Part shown: positions 32,004 through 42,154 of the stretch, piece by piece | How the letters are laid out: each line of letters starts with the position of its first letter | Numbering within the stretch: position 1 is the stretch's first letter | From: Tubiluchus corallicola | Taxonomy: Eukaryota; Animalia; Priapulida | Assembly: GCA_030141605.1 (NCBI GenBank) | Contig: JAQGDQ010000440.1 | Coordinates: 1 to 64,000 of the forward strand | DNA: 64,000 nt | Reading direction: 5' to 3' | The notes under the pieces: model-generated | Seen by the model: only the letters and a program-made list of their open reading frames with translations | Databases searched by the model: none | What the model was told of the DNA's origin: nothing | Made by a program: the position numbers and the translations under genes

Positions 32004-34313
32004 ATGAAAAATGTTTTACTCTTACTATTTACAACTCTTTTCGCTGTAACATCTTGCAAAATAGATAGTGGAATGGCTCTTAACTCAGATGAAGCGCATA
32101 TCACTGCCTTCACTATTGAGAAAAAATATAATACTGAGTTAGATGAAGATGTAGATGCCGGAAATATTACCGGAACCAACATTAACATAACAGTTCCTTT
32201 CGGTACAGATGTAACAAAGTTAGTAGCCTCTTTTACGGTATCTAAGGGTGCCACAGTAACGGTAGACGGATACCAACAAACAAGTGGAAAAACAATAGTT
32301 GACTTCTCAGATGTTGATGGTGTAACATACACTGTGACAGCACAAGATGAAACCTCTACGCAGAACTATACTGTAAAAGTTACGGAAGCAACCGCAAGTA
32401 GTGAATGTGAAATTACAGAATTTCTATTTGAGGGAGACAATAATGAGTTTGAGGATAATGTAACCGCGGAAAATATTACCGGAACCAACATTAACATAAC
32501 AGTTCCTTTCGGTACAGATGTAACAAAGTTAGTAGCCACTTTTACAGTATCTGAGGGAGCCTCAGTAACGGTAGATGGAAACCAACAAACAAGTGGAGAA
32601 ACAATGGTCAACTTTACAAACGCTGTTACTTACACTGTAACAGCAGAAGATGGCAACACTAAGGATTATACTGTAACAGTTACGGAAGCAACCGCAAGTA
32701 GTGAATGTGAAATTATGGAATTTGCCATTGAGGGAGTAACAGACATAAATATTTCAGATACGGAGATAGGAGGGACAATCACAGGAAATGCTGTGTACGG
32801 CACAAAACTGCATAACACAGCACCCTCTGTTTTAAATATTTCCAAGAAAGCTGTTATAGACCCGATAAAAACCGCAGAACGGAATTTTAACTCCCCCGTT
32901 ACATATACTGTAACCGCGGAGGATGAAAGCACAACAAAAGAGTATACAGTTGATATAACAGTACAGCAACCAGCCACAAACCTGATGGGCTATACCGGAA
33001 CAGGCAGAATAGGTGCAGGAGACCTTGAAAAGCCCGGGCTGTTTATTGTGGAATATGTTACCAATGAGGAGTGGAGCTGCAAGGTGAAAGTTGGAGGGAA
33101 AGAGGGTACAAAAATAGTTACAGCAAGCAACAATCAAATATCTATAGACGGCTCCATCTTAACTCCGGAGCAATGGACAGATATAGCAAATAACAGTGAT
33201 ACAAAGATAGAGGTAACTATCTCCAAAGCTGGATTTGACGACTGTGTAATGGCTGTTACAGCCGATAAAGAGCAGTACAAAGTAAGGACATGGCAGGACC
33301 TGCAGGGAATGGAACACGACCTGACTGCTGACTATACTCTGGAAAACCATATTACCTTTCCCAATCCAAATGAAGATGGCTTCCCGGCTCAGGGTTTTAC
33401 CCCTATAGGTGCTTATACTGGTTTTACAGGTAATGAGTTGTCATTTATAGGCACATTTGACGGACAAAATCATGTAATAAGCAATTTTTTTATCAATCGC
33501 CCCGACACTGATACTGTAGGCCTGTTTGGATATGCGATGGATTGGGCTACAATAAGCAATGTAGGTGTAGAAACATCGTCGAGAGGGGTAACCGGAGGAA
33601 GAATCGCCGGAGTACTGACAGGGAATAATAATAAGGTAAATATTCATAATTGCTATGTTGTGGGAAATGTAACAGCTAATAACTACGCTGGCGGCCTTGC
33701 AGGAGTGTTCGGCGGAGATATGAGTAATTGTTATAGCAAAGTAGATGTAACGTGTATTACAGGTACAGGAAGAACATTTGCCGGAGGGCTTATTGGACTG
33801 ACTGAGAGCCGAGATACAAATATAGAAAATAGTTATGCTACCGGAAATGTAATAGGAAGAAACAGAGTTGGCGGACTTGTCGGAATGCATGGCAACGGCT
33901 TTCCCATTACAATAAAAAACTGTTACGCAAGAGGGAATGTTGAAGTTAAGAATGTAATCACAGACTACTGTTATGTTGGTGGCCTGGTTGGAGAGAACTT
34001 TGGCAAAGATAGGTCTACAATAATAAATAGTTACGCCACAGGCTTTGTAAAAGGGGACAACCTCATTGCTGGCAATAAGACTGGCGGTGTTGTGGGATAT
34101 GATAAAGTTGGTATTATAAGAGATGTCCGGTGGGATATAGAGACAACAGGACAGAGTCAATCTCACGGAACTTATGGTGGCAACACAACAGAAGAAATGA
34201 AAAATAAAAGTACTTTTGAGTACGAATGGGACTTCTCTACTGTTTGGGACATAGATGATACAGGAGTTATCAATGATGGTTATCCATTTTTACGGGATTT
34301 GGGTGGGCAATAG
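32004..34313 (+). CDS. Surface lipoprotein with three Ig-like (DUF5018-like) repeats and GLUG-motif beta-helix
   Basis: Lipobox VTSC; three VTYTVTAxD..Y.V.V repeats; FIGTFDGQNH, repeated GGLxG, INDGYP. Confidence 0.8.
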   Translation: MKNVLLLLFTTLFAVTSCKIDSGMALNSDEAHITAFTIEKKYNTELDEDVDAGNITGTNINITVPFGTDVTKLVASFTVSKGATVTVDGYQQTSGKTIVDFSDVDGVTYTVTAQDETSTQNYTVKVTEATASSECEITEFLFEGDNNEFEDNVTAENITGTNINITVPFGTDVTKLVATFTVSEGASVTVDGNQQTSGETMVNFTNAVTYTVTAEDGNTKDYTVTVTEATASSECEIMEFAIEGVTDINISDTEIGGTITGNAVYGTKLHNTAPSVLNISKKAVIDPIKTAERNFNSPVTYTVTAEDESTTKEYTVDITVQQPATNLMGYTGTGRIGAGDLEKPGLFIVEYVTNEEWSCKVKVGGKEGTKIVTASNNQISIDGSILTPEQWTDIANNSDTKIEVTISKAGFDDCVMAVTADKEQYKVRTWQDLQGMEHDLTADYTLENHITFPNPNEDGFPAQGFTPIGAYTGFTGNELSFIGTFDGQNHVISNFFINRPDTDTVGLFGYAMDWATISNVGVETSSRGVTGGRIAGVLTGNNNKVNIHNCYVVGNVTANNYAGGLAGVFGGDMSNCYSKVDVTCITGTGRTFAGGLIGLTESRDTNIENSYATGNVIGRNRVGGLVGMHGNGFPITIKNCYARGNVEVKNVITDYCYVGGLVGENFGKDRSTIINSYATGFVKGDNLIAGNKTGGVVGYDKVGIIRDVRWDIETTGQSQSHGTYGGNTTEEMKNKSTFEYEWDFSTVWDIDDTGVINDGYPFLRDLGGQ

Positions 34314-34632
34314 ATTAAATACCTCCGCAAAACGAGAAGAGAAATTCGATAATAAGTTACGGTCTCCTGATATAAATAGGCACTCCTCAAGTTAAACTTA
34401 ACTTATTTAACATTAATGACATAAAGCTAAAAAATTAGCGAATTATAGTGTCCTACATTTACCAAAAGACGGAGTTTGAGAAGATAGCGAAGCCGACAGC
34501 GTAGACTTTCCATCAAAAGCACTTACACGCTTGATCTTGGGGCTCTTTTGTATCAAGACAAAAGATCATAAAGAAAATCCTTTATGATACGCTTGGCTTT
34601 TGCTTCTCAAGACCGAGAGAAATGTCGTTAAC

Positions 34633-35811
34633 TTACTCGGCTATCAGTATAGCGCTCTCCCACCCCCACGGCGGCCTAAACTTGAGAATTAAAGGTTTCT
34701 GAGTGATTCCCTTTTTCATCTCTCCGGTAGCAATGTTGTACCATACTATTTTTATTTTGCTATTTCTTATCCCCGTGAGGTCTACAGAAAGAGGCCTGTT
34801 TGAAGAAAATAACGCCATTAGCTTTGAATGCTCGTGCAGTTGGCAGGCCGCAATCCCCAAAAAGCTATAAAAGTCCTCTATCTCTTTTATAAGGTTCGGC
34901 TCTGGCGTTGCCTCCCACCACTCATATGTGTCTATAAATTTTCTGAAGCGTTTTATGTGCTGGGTGGCATCACTGTTTCCACTCTCAAATATAACTCCTC
35001 CTGAGCCGGATATAAGTGAATGAAAAAGAAGTAGCTCATTCATGCCACCAATGTCTGCAGCTTTGTTTCCCGGGCTTCCTATAACGGTAAGTATCGGCTT
35101 GGAAGGAAGACGCACATATTCATAGGAAACACCCTTGTAATCTGAGTTGCATGTGTTTATATCAAACCAGAGATCATGATAAAACCATTTTCCTCCGGCT
35201 TCACCCTCAGGAGGATAAAATGTGATTAAATGGTGTGGTGCTTTTTCTTTTAGTGACCTGCCCAATTCGCGCCATATAGCCATATTTGACAATCTATTTC
35301 TGTCAACACTACCCAATACCCAAACAATATTTTTGTACATGTTGAATTTTTCGCCTAAAAGTGCCCCATACTTTGCGGCCACCAGCTTACTCCCTATAAG
35401 GGAATCGTCTACAGCAGGCATTATTGCCAGGTGCATCTCTTTTCCTTCCGCTATATCAACCACCTCTTTCATATTTTCAAAATAACTATCCCTGGAGCCT
35501 GTGATGTAATCCGCTATATTTTTTGTTGCACCTTCATGCTCTTTATCAGAAAAGGTTATACTGCACAGTATGATGTTCATACCATCGCCTATTTTATCTG
35601 ATATATATTTAGAGGCCTCCCTCTTTCTCATATTAAGGAGGTGCCTGTTATACTCTCCAATCCAGAAAACAGGCTTGCCATCTGCGCTTGCTATATACCT
35701 TCCTGAGCTGTCAATTTTGGCGGGCAAGTAGCTACCCGTTTGTCCTGCTGCATTTAATACTGTTAAAAGAGCTATAGCAGAAAGAGCATATAGTTGTAAT
35801 TTATTCATCAC
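34633..35811 (-). CDS. DUF4038/apiosidase-like secreted glycoside-hydrolase-fold protein
   Basis: Signal peptide; DGKPVFWIG, NIVWVLG, HLITFYP, C-terminal WYNIATG. Confidence 0.6.
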   Translation of the reverse strand: MMNKLQLYALSAIALLTVLNAAGQTGSYLPAKIDSSGRYIASADGKPVFWIGEYNRHLLNMRKREASKYISDKIGDGMNIILCSITFSDKEHEGATKNIADYITGSRDSYFENMKEVVDIAEGKEMHLAIMPAVDDSLIGSKLVAAKYGALLGEKFNMYKNIVWVLGSVDRNRLSNMAIWRELGRSLKEKAPHHLITFYPPEGEAGGKWFYHDLWFDINTCNSDYKGVSYEYVRLPSKPILTVIGSPGNKAADIGGMNELLLFHSLISGSGGVIFESGNSDATQHIKRFRKFIDTYEWWEATPEPNLIKEIEDFYSFLGIAACQLHEHSKLMALFSSNRPLSVDLTGIRNSKIKIVWYNIATGEMKKGITQKPLILKFRPPWGWESAILIAE

Positions 35812-35992
35812 TTGATAGTATGCAGAAACTCTATTAAATCGAGTAATTGCTTTAATATTAAAAACTAAAAATATTTAACCCAATGACCAAATATAGAATA
35901 AATAATAGTACATTTATTTTTCAAGAGTGTGGTTTGTTATTTAATGCAGGCAGTGAAATTAACGGAACAATGCTTGTTGAATATACACTACA

Positions 35993-36988
35993 GTGATGAA
36001 ATTGTTTAAACTTTTAGCACTAATTGCGATAATACTGTTTCATTGCAATAGTGCGTCTGGCTTCAGCTTTGGGGATGCAGGTGCAGCGCCTCCAACCCAC
36101 CGTAGTGGGCTGTTCCTGGAAGAGGATCCTGACAAGAGTGATGATGTAAGATACTACATCTATGAACATGAGTATTGGTCTGGAGTGGCGATATTGATTA
36201 CGGTGCTGCTTATCGTGTTTATTATTGCTGTTATTAAACTCTGTAAAAGGAATAAAGAGCTTGAAGCGAAGAAAAATGAAATGAGCCATCTCAATAAGGT
36301 TCAGTCGCGTGTCTTGTCAGTAATAGGGCATGACCTTCGTGGCCCTCTCGGTAATATTTATGAGCTGTTCAAGCTTTACTCAGATAAAGATATGAAACTT
36401 AAGGAGGATGATATTATCCCTTTAATGAAAGAGTGTGCAGGACAGGTGGGGGCTGCCTATCTTCTGGCCGAGAATATTCTTCTTTGGGCTAAAAATCAGA
36501 GTAGTGGAATAAAGACTACAAAAGAGACCTACTCCTTAACAAGTATAATTACCGAAACAGTACGCCTTTTTGAGCAACCTGCCAAGGGTAAAGGGGTGAT
36601 ACTGAATGTAGAATCGAAAGGGGCACAGCATGTTATGTGTGACTACACACAGATATCTTCCGTTCTGCGCAATCTTGTTTCAAATGCGGTAAAGTATACA
36701 AACTCAAATGATACTATTACCCTATCGAGCAAGCGTATCAATAAAAAAGTAGAATTTAAAATAACTGATTCCGGTATTGGTCTGGAGCAGGATAAGCTGG
36801 CTATGCTACTCGACAGCCACTCTTCTTTCTCTACTCCCGGAACGAAGAACGAACCCGGAACTGGGCTTGGGTTCAGCCTTATTGTAGAGTTTGTTGAGAA
36901 AAACGGAGGTAAACTGACAGGTACAAGCCAAGTAGGAAAAGGAACATCATTTTCTTTTTCACTGCCGATCGGCAGTGAAAAAGATTGA
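35993..36988 (+). CDS. Sensor histidine kinase
   Basis: GHDLRGP H-box, RNLVSNAVKYT, DSGIG, GTGLG. Confidence 0.93.
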   Translation: MMKLFKLLALIAIILFHCNSASGFSFGDAGAAPPTHRSGLFLEEDPDKSDDVRYYIYEHEYWSGVAILITVLLIVFIIAVIKLCKRNKELEAKKNEMSHLNKVQSRVLSVIGHDLRGPLGNIYELFKLYSDKDMKLKEDDIIPLMKECAGQVGAAYLLAENILLWAKNQSSGIKTTKETYSLTSIITETVRLFEQPAKGKGVILNVESKGAQHVMCDYTQISSVLRNLVSNAVKYTNSNDTITLSSKRINKKVEFKITDSGIGLEQDKLAMLLDSHSSFSTPGTKNEPGTGLGFSLIVEFVEKNGGKLTGTSQVGKGTSFSFSLPIGSEKD

Positions 36989-37062
36989 TGCTGAAAGTAA
37001 CATAATTTAAGCTTAGCGGATTATTTTGTTCTCAAGCTCCAGATAGAGCTGTTTGGCTATGG

Positions 37063-38568
37063 CTACCAATCGGGCATATCACCATCCGTCACCTCTACCG
37101 TACTAATACCTGAACTGCTACTATCGGTAAAAAGAGCGTAATATATTGTTCTTGCTGTTGAGCTGCCTGCACCAATAGAGAATGTAAGCCCATTGCCATC
37201 TCTTAGTACTCGCGGAAACCACACATTATATCCATCCGGCTTCTCTACAGCAACTTCCGAATACTCTTTGGTGCTGGTATCAACACTAAATATTCGTGCA
37301 TCCAGCTGTGTGCCATCCCAGGCATCAAGCCCTTCAATATCGCTGGTGAAAAACACCTCACTACCATCAAGCGATATAGATGGCGATTCTATCCTGCCGG
37401 GCAGGTCTTCAACCAGTTGTGTCATTTCGCTACCATCGGAATTCATTATGTATATTTCCGACTCATATATGTTCTCTCCAACTGTTTGTACCACTATCTT
37501 ATCTCCAAACCTTGACCAGTCGCATTCGCCAAAATGTCTTCCCGCCGGTGCTGTCGCCAATACCTGCGAATCGTACCCCTCTTTGTTTATCTTGATTAAC
37601 TTATCATTATGAGGGTATATGATGTAGCCTGCATCGGGTGACCACGCAAAACCGGTGCCATTATTGTTATAGCCTGTAACGGGTAGTTGGGATATTTTCT
37701 TTATATCTGTCCCGTCCGGCATCATAGTATATATATGGTTACTGTTGTCCCTATTTGATATAAACCCTACCAGCTCTCCATATGGCGCTTTGCGTGGGAA
37801 CCAGTCTTTAGCAGGATGGTCAGTTATCTGATAGTAGCTACCTGCTACAGAGTCATATGCCATTATCTCATAGTTGTTTTCAACACTGCTGGCATACATC
37901 AGCAGATTGTCGGGTACAAACTGTGTCTCAAACCGCAGCATATCAGACTCCCCCAGTACCTCATCCTCCGCTTTCACAATAAGATACCAGAGATATGAAG
38001 AGTTGAAACGAAACCCTGAAGCAACGACCAATGTATCTGTAGTATTTTCAATATGCATCTTTTCGTCTAGTGTCTCTGTATCTATAGTATAGAGATCGTA
38101 GTAGATTGTGCGCCCTCTGTAGTTTTCCTGTTTTTGTGACCACGAAAATTCTATCTCCAGGGGTAGCTCCATCTGTTTATCGTACGGCATTAACATTTCA
38201 ACCACCTCATTTGCCAGCTCTATCTCTCCCTCCGCCGACAGATACAGCTTTATGGGGACATTTAAACTCCCTGTCACTGCAACTTTTTCTGTCCAGGGGG
38301 CAAACCCCTCCTTGGAAGCAGTAATATTGTAGTCGGTCACAGCAATCCCTTCCAACTTAAACTTGCCAAGTGAATCGGTATATATTATCTGTGTAGCCGG
38401 CGATGTTGAAATCTTTGCATTAGCTATGGGCTGCTCATTCCAGTCTCTTAATATCTCACCTTCAATATCACCATACTCAACTGGAACATAAGGGTCTTCA
38501 TTACAGGAGGTTAAGAACAGCACACTCATAAAGGGTGCCAGTATATACAAGAGGGTGTAGTTTTTCAT
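37063..38568 (-). CDS. Curli-locus lipoprotein: carboxypeptidase-regulatory-like domain plus TolB/PD40 beta-propeller
   Basis: Lipobox LTSC; TDSLGKF..Y.ITASKEGF; FISNR, WSPD repeats. Confidence 0.8.
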   Translation of the reverse strand: MKNYTLLYILAPFMSVLFLTSCNEDPYVPVEYGDIEGEILRDWNEQPIANAKISTSPATQIIYTDSLGKFKLEGIAVTDYNITASKEGFAPWTEKVAVTGSLNVPIKLYLSAEGEIELANEVVEMLMPYDKQMELPLEIEFSWSQKQENYRGRTIYYDLYTIDTETLDEKMHIENTTDTLVVASGFRFNSSYLWYLIVKAEDEVLGESDMLRFETQFVPDNLLMYASSVENNYEIMAYDSVAGSYYQITDHPAKDWFPRKAPYGELVGFISNRDNSNHIYTMMPDGTDIKKISQLPVTGYNNNGTGFAWSPDAGYIIYPHNDKLIKINKEGYDSQVLATAPAGRHFGECDWSRFGDKIVVQTVGENIYESEIYIMNSDGSEMTQLVEDLPGRIESPSISLDGSEVFFTSDIEGLDAWDGTQLDARIFSVDTSTKEYSEVAVEKPDGYNVWFPRVLRDGNGLTFSIGAGSSTARTIYYALFTDSSSSGISTVEVTDGDMPDW

Positions 38569-38610
38569 TTTTCAAGGTTTTTTTAGTTCTGAGTTATACA
38601 AGGGTTGGTC

Positions 38611-39159
38611 TTATTTTATATGAAGAATCATGTTTCCTTTCATTTCAATGGTTGTTCCCGGGATAAGTTTTTGAGGAGTGTCACCGAGAAGTAGAATGTT
38701 GTTATTATTTTCCTGTGAAATAATATAATATTTGCCTGTTCCTGAAATATCTCCGTGCACAACATTTTTCTTGCCAGCTTGAACTATACCTCCACTTATG
38801 TACGCCCCTTCAAGCTGTAATTTGATATCGTTTGCCGCACCAGACTGGATAATTGATGTACTTATATGTTTTCCATTAATATCGGCAAATACACTGTTTG
38901 AGTTGCCAAACTGTGCAACATGTGTGTTATTTCCCGATTGAAAAAATGACATTTCATCGTTAACATATAAGGTGTTGTACCTGCCTATTTGGAGTGCCTG
39001 CACGTTATATGACATATCTTTCAAAGCTTTATGCTCGTTTATTAGCATCTGTTGCCGCAGTGTAGGGCTGGCATAGTCCTCTTCGTCGAGACCCTGGCAA
39101 AAGCTGCTGTGAGTTATGCCGAGCAGGAGCAGTATTATGTATATTGTCTTTCGGTTCAT
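38611..39159 (-). CDS. Curlin-repeat protein (minor subunit, CsgB-like)
   Basis: Signal peptide; Q-x-G-x-x-N repeats (QIGRYN, QFGNSN, QSGAAN, QAGKKN). Confidence 0.75.
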   Translation of the reverse strand: MNRKTIYIILLLLGITHSSFCQGLDEEDYASPTLRQQMLINEHKALKDMSYNVQALQIGRYNTLYVNDEMSFFQSGNNTHVAQFGNSNSVFADINGKHISTSIIQSGAANDIKLQLEGAYISGGIVQAGKKNVVHGDISGTGKYYIISQENNNNILLLGDTPQKLIPGTTIEMKGNMILHIK

Positions 39160-39213
39160 AACTATAAGTAACGAAAAAATTACGTTAAAGTCAATAGGTG
39201 TATGCAAGCATAT

Positions 39214-40572
39214 CTATTTTTTATTTCCTGAGTTGAGATATATATTTACCCCCAGTTTTATACCAAAATAGAAATCGTTATACTTCCCTGCACTTATTTC
39301 ATCTACAGAGTCGGTCAACATATAGTTGGAATTCATTTCAAAGAAAACACCGGTTTGGGAATTCAATAAAAACTCAGATCCTATTGTACCAGACAGTGAC
39401 GGGTGGACCTTATTATTGAATATTGCTCCTACTCCTCCAGCGATATATGGAGAAAACTTTCTCTGAGGCATAAAATAGTATCCGGCCCTAACCTCACTTT
39501 TAGCAAATAGCGTATTGAAGTGCTCTCCGCTTTTAAAAGATCCTATCCCGGCATGCAAGCCAAAGAACACACCATTATCCTTGACATACGACAATCCCAG
39601 TGATGCTCCACCTGTTGGTGTGTTTACCCCATAATCCGATTCCAACAGGTACCCTTCGCCAATAAAAGACAGGCTAAGCGGTTCCCGTCTCTTTTCCAGT
39701 ACGTTGCCAAATTCATTTTCAAACATATTACTGTTCTTTTCAGCTATATACTCATCAAATATTTCAGAATCGACATCAGCCGGATTTTCAAGCTTCCACA
39801 CTCCGTCTATAACTCCCTCTATTATCATATCCTGCACAGCTTTCTCAATAGCTTCTTTAACTGCAATATCTGTAGGTTCGTTAAATGAGAACCCTGTCTC
39901 CATCTCCAACAGAGCTGTAGGCTTTACATATTTAAAAAGACCTGCACTGATCTGCTGTGACAAAATTGTTTTAGTGGTGTATACTGATTTTATCACCCTT
40001 CCACTATTGGTTGATACTGCTCTTAAATATATGGAGATACGGTCTTCTCGGTATTCACCTGATGCACTGATACCCAAATATCTTGCACCCGCTCCGCCTG
40101 TCAGGGTATTATAGTCGTAAGATATAATTCCTCCTTCCAGAATAATACCTGCAAAGAGCAAGGGGGGAAGAGGTGGCTCTTCCACTCCTGTAGCCTGCTC
40201 ATAGTTCTGCCTGCTTGAACGGATAATCTTACGTTCGTTCAGAAGGTTTGACAGCCCCTCTCTCTCAATTGGGATAAACCATTTTGACTCTTCCAGTGCT
40301 TTCATAAGAATAGATGTCGCACCTTGTGTAACAGCTGTCGACCATGAGGAACCATACTCTGTTTGCTTGTACTGGCCTGTTTGGTCACGAAATCTGTATA
40401 CGGCCACTACAACTGGCTCCTGAGGTAAGGGGAATGAATCAAATTTCTTTGTGACCTCAGTATGCTCCCCCATTTTTGCCGGTTGGGTTGAAAATGGCTG
40501 ATTAAAATAGGCACTACATGAGCTGAGAAATACTGCAGCTGGTAACAACATTAAGGTTTTTATCTTTTTCAC
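39214..40572 (-). CDS. csgG: Curli secretion channel CsgG with C-terminal beta-barrel extension
   Basis: VAVYRFRDQTGQYK, STAVTQGA, EREGLSNLLNERKIIR, GGAGARYLGI. Confidence 0.95.
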   Translation of the reverse strand: MKKIKTLMLLPAAVFLSSCSAYFNQPFSTQPAKMGEHTEVTKKFDSFPLPQEPVVVAVYRFRDQTGQYKQTEYGSSWSTAVTQGATSILMKALEESKWFIPIEREGLSNLLNERKIIRSSRQNYEQATGVEEPPLPPLLFAGIILEGGIISYDYNTLTGGAGARYLGISASGEYREDRISIYLRAVSTNSGRVIKSVYTTKTILSQQISAGLFKYVKPTALLEMETGFSFNEPTDIAVKEAIEKAVQDMIIEGVIDGVWKLENPADVDSEIFDEYIAEKNSNMFENEFGNVLEKRREPLSLSFIGEGYLLESDYGVNTPTGGASLGLSYVKDNGVFFGLHAGIGSFKSGEHFNTLFAKSEVRAGYYFMPQRKFSPYIAGGVGAIFNNKVHPSLSGTIGSEFLLNSQTGVFFEMNSNYMLTDSVDEISAGKYNDFYFGIKLGVNIYLNSGNKK

Positions 40573-40608
40573 GGGTATGGTTATTAAAAGTTTTCAGAAA
40601 ATGAATCT

Positions 40609-41025
40609 CTAATAGCTTGGTATAGTAATGTTTGTCTCCCCTCCTGTTCGCATGTCAAGAATGTGTATATCTACGCCACTGGCTCCATCTGTTATGTTTA
40701 TCCTGAAGTCTCCAACGTTATACTGCCCCTGTTCTAGTTCAAACTCCCCAAACTGTTGTTCAAGTATGCGGGAAGTAAGCTCACTTAAAATCTCAGACTT
40801 TATTGACTCACTGAACTGGGCAAGGGGATCTTCCTCTGCTCCAAAGAGACCCAGGAGCTCATCGCTCTCTTCCTCTTCTCCCTTCTGGGCATCAGCCGAG
40901 CTTAGCAGCCACTGGTAGTTCATGTAGTTCCCTCCAAAGGCAGGGTTAACGGGGGTGTATACAAGATCTTGTGCGTGCCCAAGAAGTGGAAGCACCAACA
41001 GTAGTAATACGATTAATTGTTTCAT
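40609..41025 (-). CDS. csgF: Curli assembly protein CsgF
   Basis: LVYTPVNPAFGG..NYQWLLSSADAQ. Confidence 0.92.
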   Translation of the reverse strand: MKQLIVLLLLVLPLLGHAQDLVYTPVNPAFGGNYMNYQWLLSSADAQKGEEEESDELLGLFGAEEDPLAQFSESIKSEILSELTSRILEQQFGEFELEQGQYNVGDFRINITDGASGVDIHILDMRTGGETNITIPSY

Positions 41026-41106
41026 GGTATGTTAATTTTGGATTTATAGTCACAAGCAATTGAGCATATTTAAGCAAGTCCATATACATATTACAGGTTT
41101 TTTTTA

Positions 41107-42030
41107 TTACCGTTTCAGTACGAAATTTATATTGGTATCCATCTCAATTTTTCCACGTTTAAAAAAGTATGCCGATTCTGCATATTCAGCCCATGAATCG
41201 TTCATATCATATGTAAAACGGCTTGACTCTTTCCATTCAAAATCGATGTTACGATAGTTTGAGGGTTTTATTCTCCACTCTTCGTATGGCTTTGGCAAAA
41301 TAGATGTCTTTACTTCAATACTGCTATCATCATGTTTATTAAGTGATGTTGTAATCTCCATTGGAACAAGAAATTTTAGTGTTGGCACATCCTTGTATAT
41401 AGTTGATGATTGGTAATGTTTTACATTAAACTTTTTATTATACAAGGCAAAAACCAGCTGTATATTTTTTAAAAAATGATTTTCAAAGCCCTCTGTGGTA
41501 ATAATATTTTCACGTATATTTATAAGGTCAAGTGTTACGTCATCCTTGATAAGCGGAGATATGTCTCTGTTGGGTAGTTCTGCCAGCATTGAGTTTAACA
41601 TATCTGTAAAAAATAGTATAACATCTTCACGGTTTACAAGCTCAAGTAGAACGCCATTTGTGCTTGTGCGTATACTTAGAAGCAGGTGCCTGCCTTCCAG
41701 CCACTCCTCTGTCCAGTCAAACATTGTACCGGGAAATTCTGAAAAGAGGTTTAGGGCAAATCCGGAGGCTGTCCAGTTTAACAAGAATCCATCATCAAGT
41801 TTTTCAGCAACATACATAGTCTGTATTGATGTGCAGTTGCATTGCCAGGCGATAGTGTCATTTTTAATTTTCCTATACATAGATGCTTCAAAAACAGCTT
41901 TTTCTCCAATTTCCCAGCCCGGCACGATCTCGATAGAATCTTTACTACCTGGTCTGCTGAAGCCGTAGAGACTGCCTGATAGCAGAAACAGCAGTGTAAC
42001 TATTGCGTGTATGTAAGTTTTTTTATTCAT
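41107..42030 (-). CDS. Hypothetical secreted protein within the curli operon
   Basis: 307-aa ORF with signal peptide; no recognised family. Confidence 0.65.
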   Translation of the reverse strand: MNKKTYIHAIVTLLFLLSGSLYGFSRPGSKDSIEIVPGWEIGEKAVFEASMYRKIKNDTIAWQCNCTSIQTMYVAEKLDDGFLLNWTASGFALNLFSEFPGTMFDWTEEWLEGRHLLLSIRTSTNGVLLELVNREDVILFFTDMLNSMLAELPNRDISPLIKDDVTLDLINIRENIITTEGFENHFLKNIQLVFALYNKKFNVKHYQSSTIYKDVPTLKFLVPMEITTSLNKHDDSSIEVKTSILPKPYEEWRIKPSNYRNIDFEWKESSRFTYDMNDSWAEYAESAYFFKRGKIEMDTNINFVLKR

Positions 42031-42047
42031 TGCAGGAAGTATTAAAA

Positions 42048-42071
42048 TACTGCCTGCCGAAGCAGGCAGTA
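42048..42071 (-). terminator. UUCG-loop hairpin after the major curlin gene
   Basis: Minus strand TACTGCCTGC-TTCG-GCAGGCAGTA followed by TTTT. Confidence 0.8.
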
Positions 42072-42154
42072 ACCCAAAATCTGGTCTATAATGTTTCTGA
42101 TTGCGTTAAATACCAGTAACTTTAACTAGTACTAACTTGTACAGGTGCATGTGA

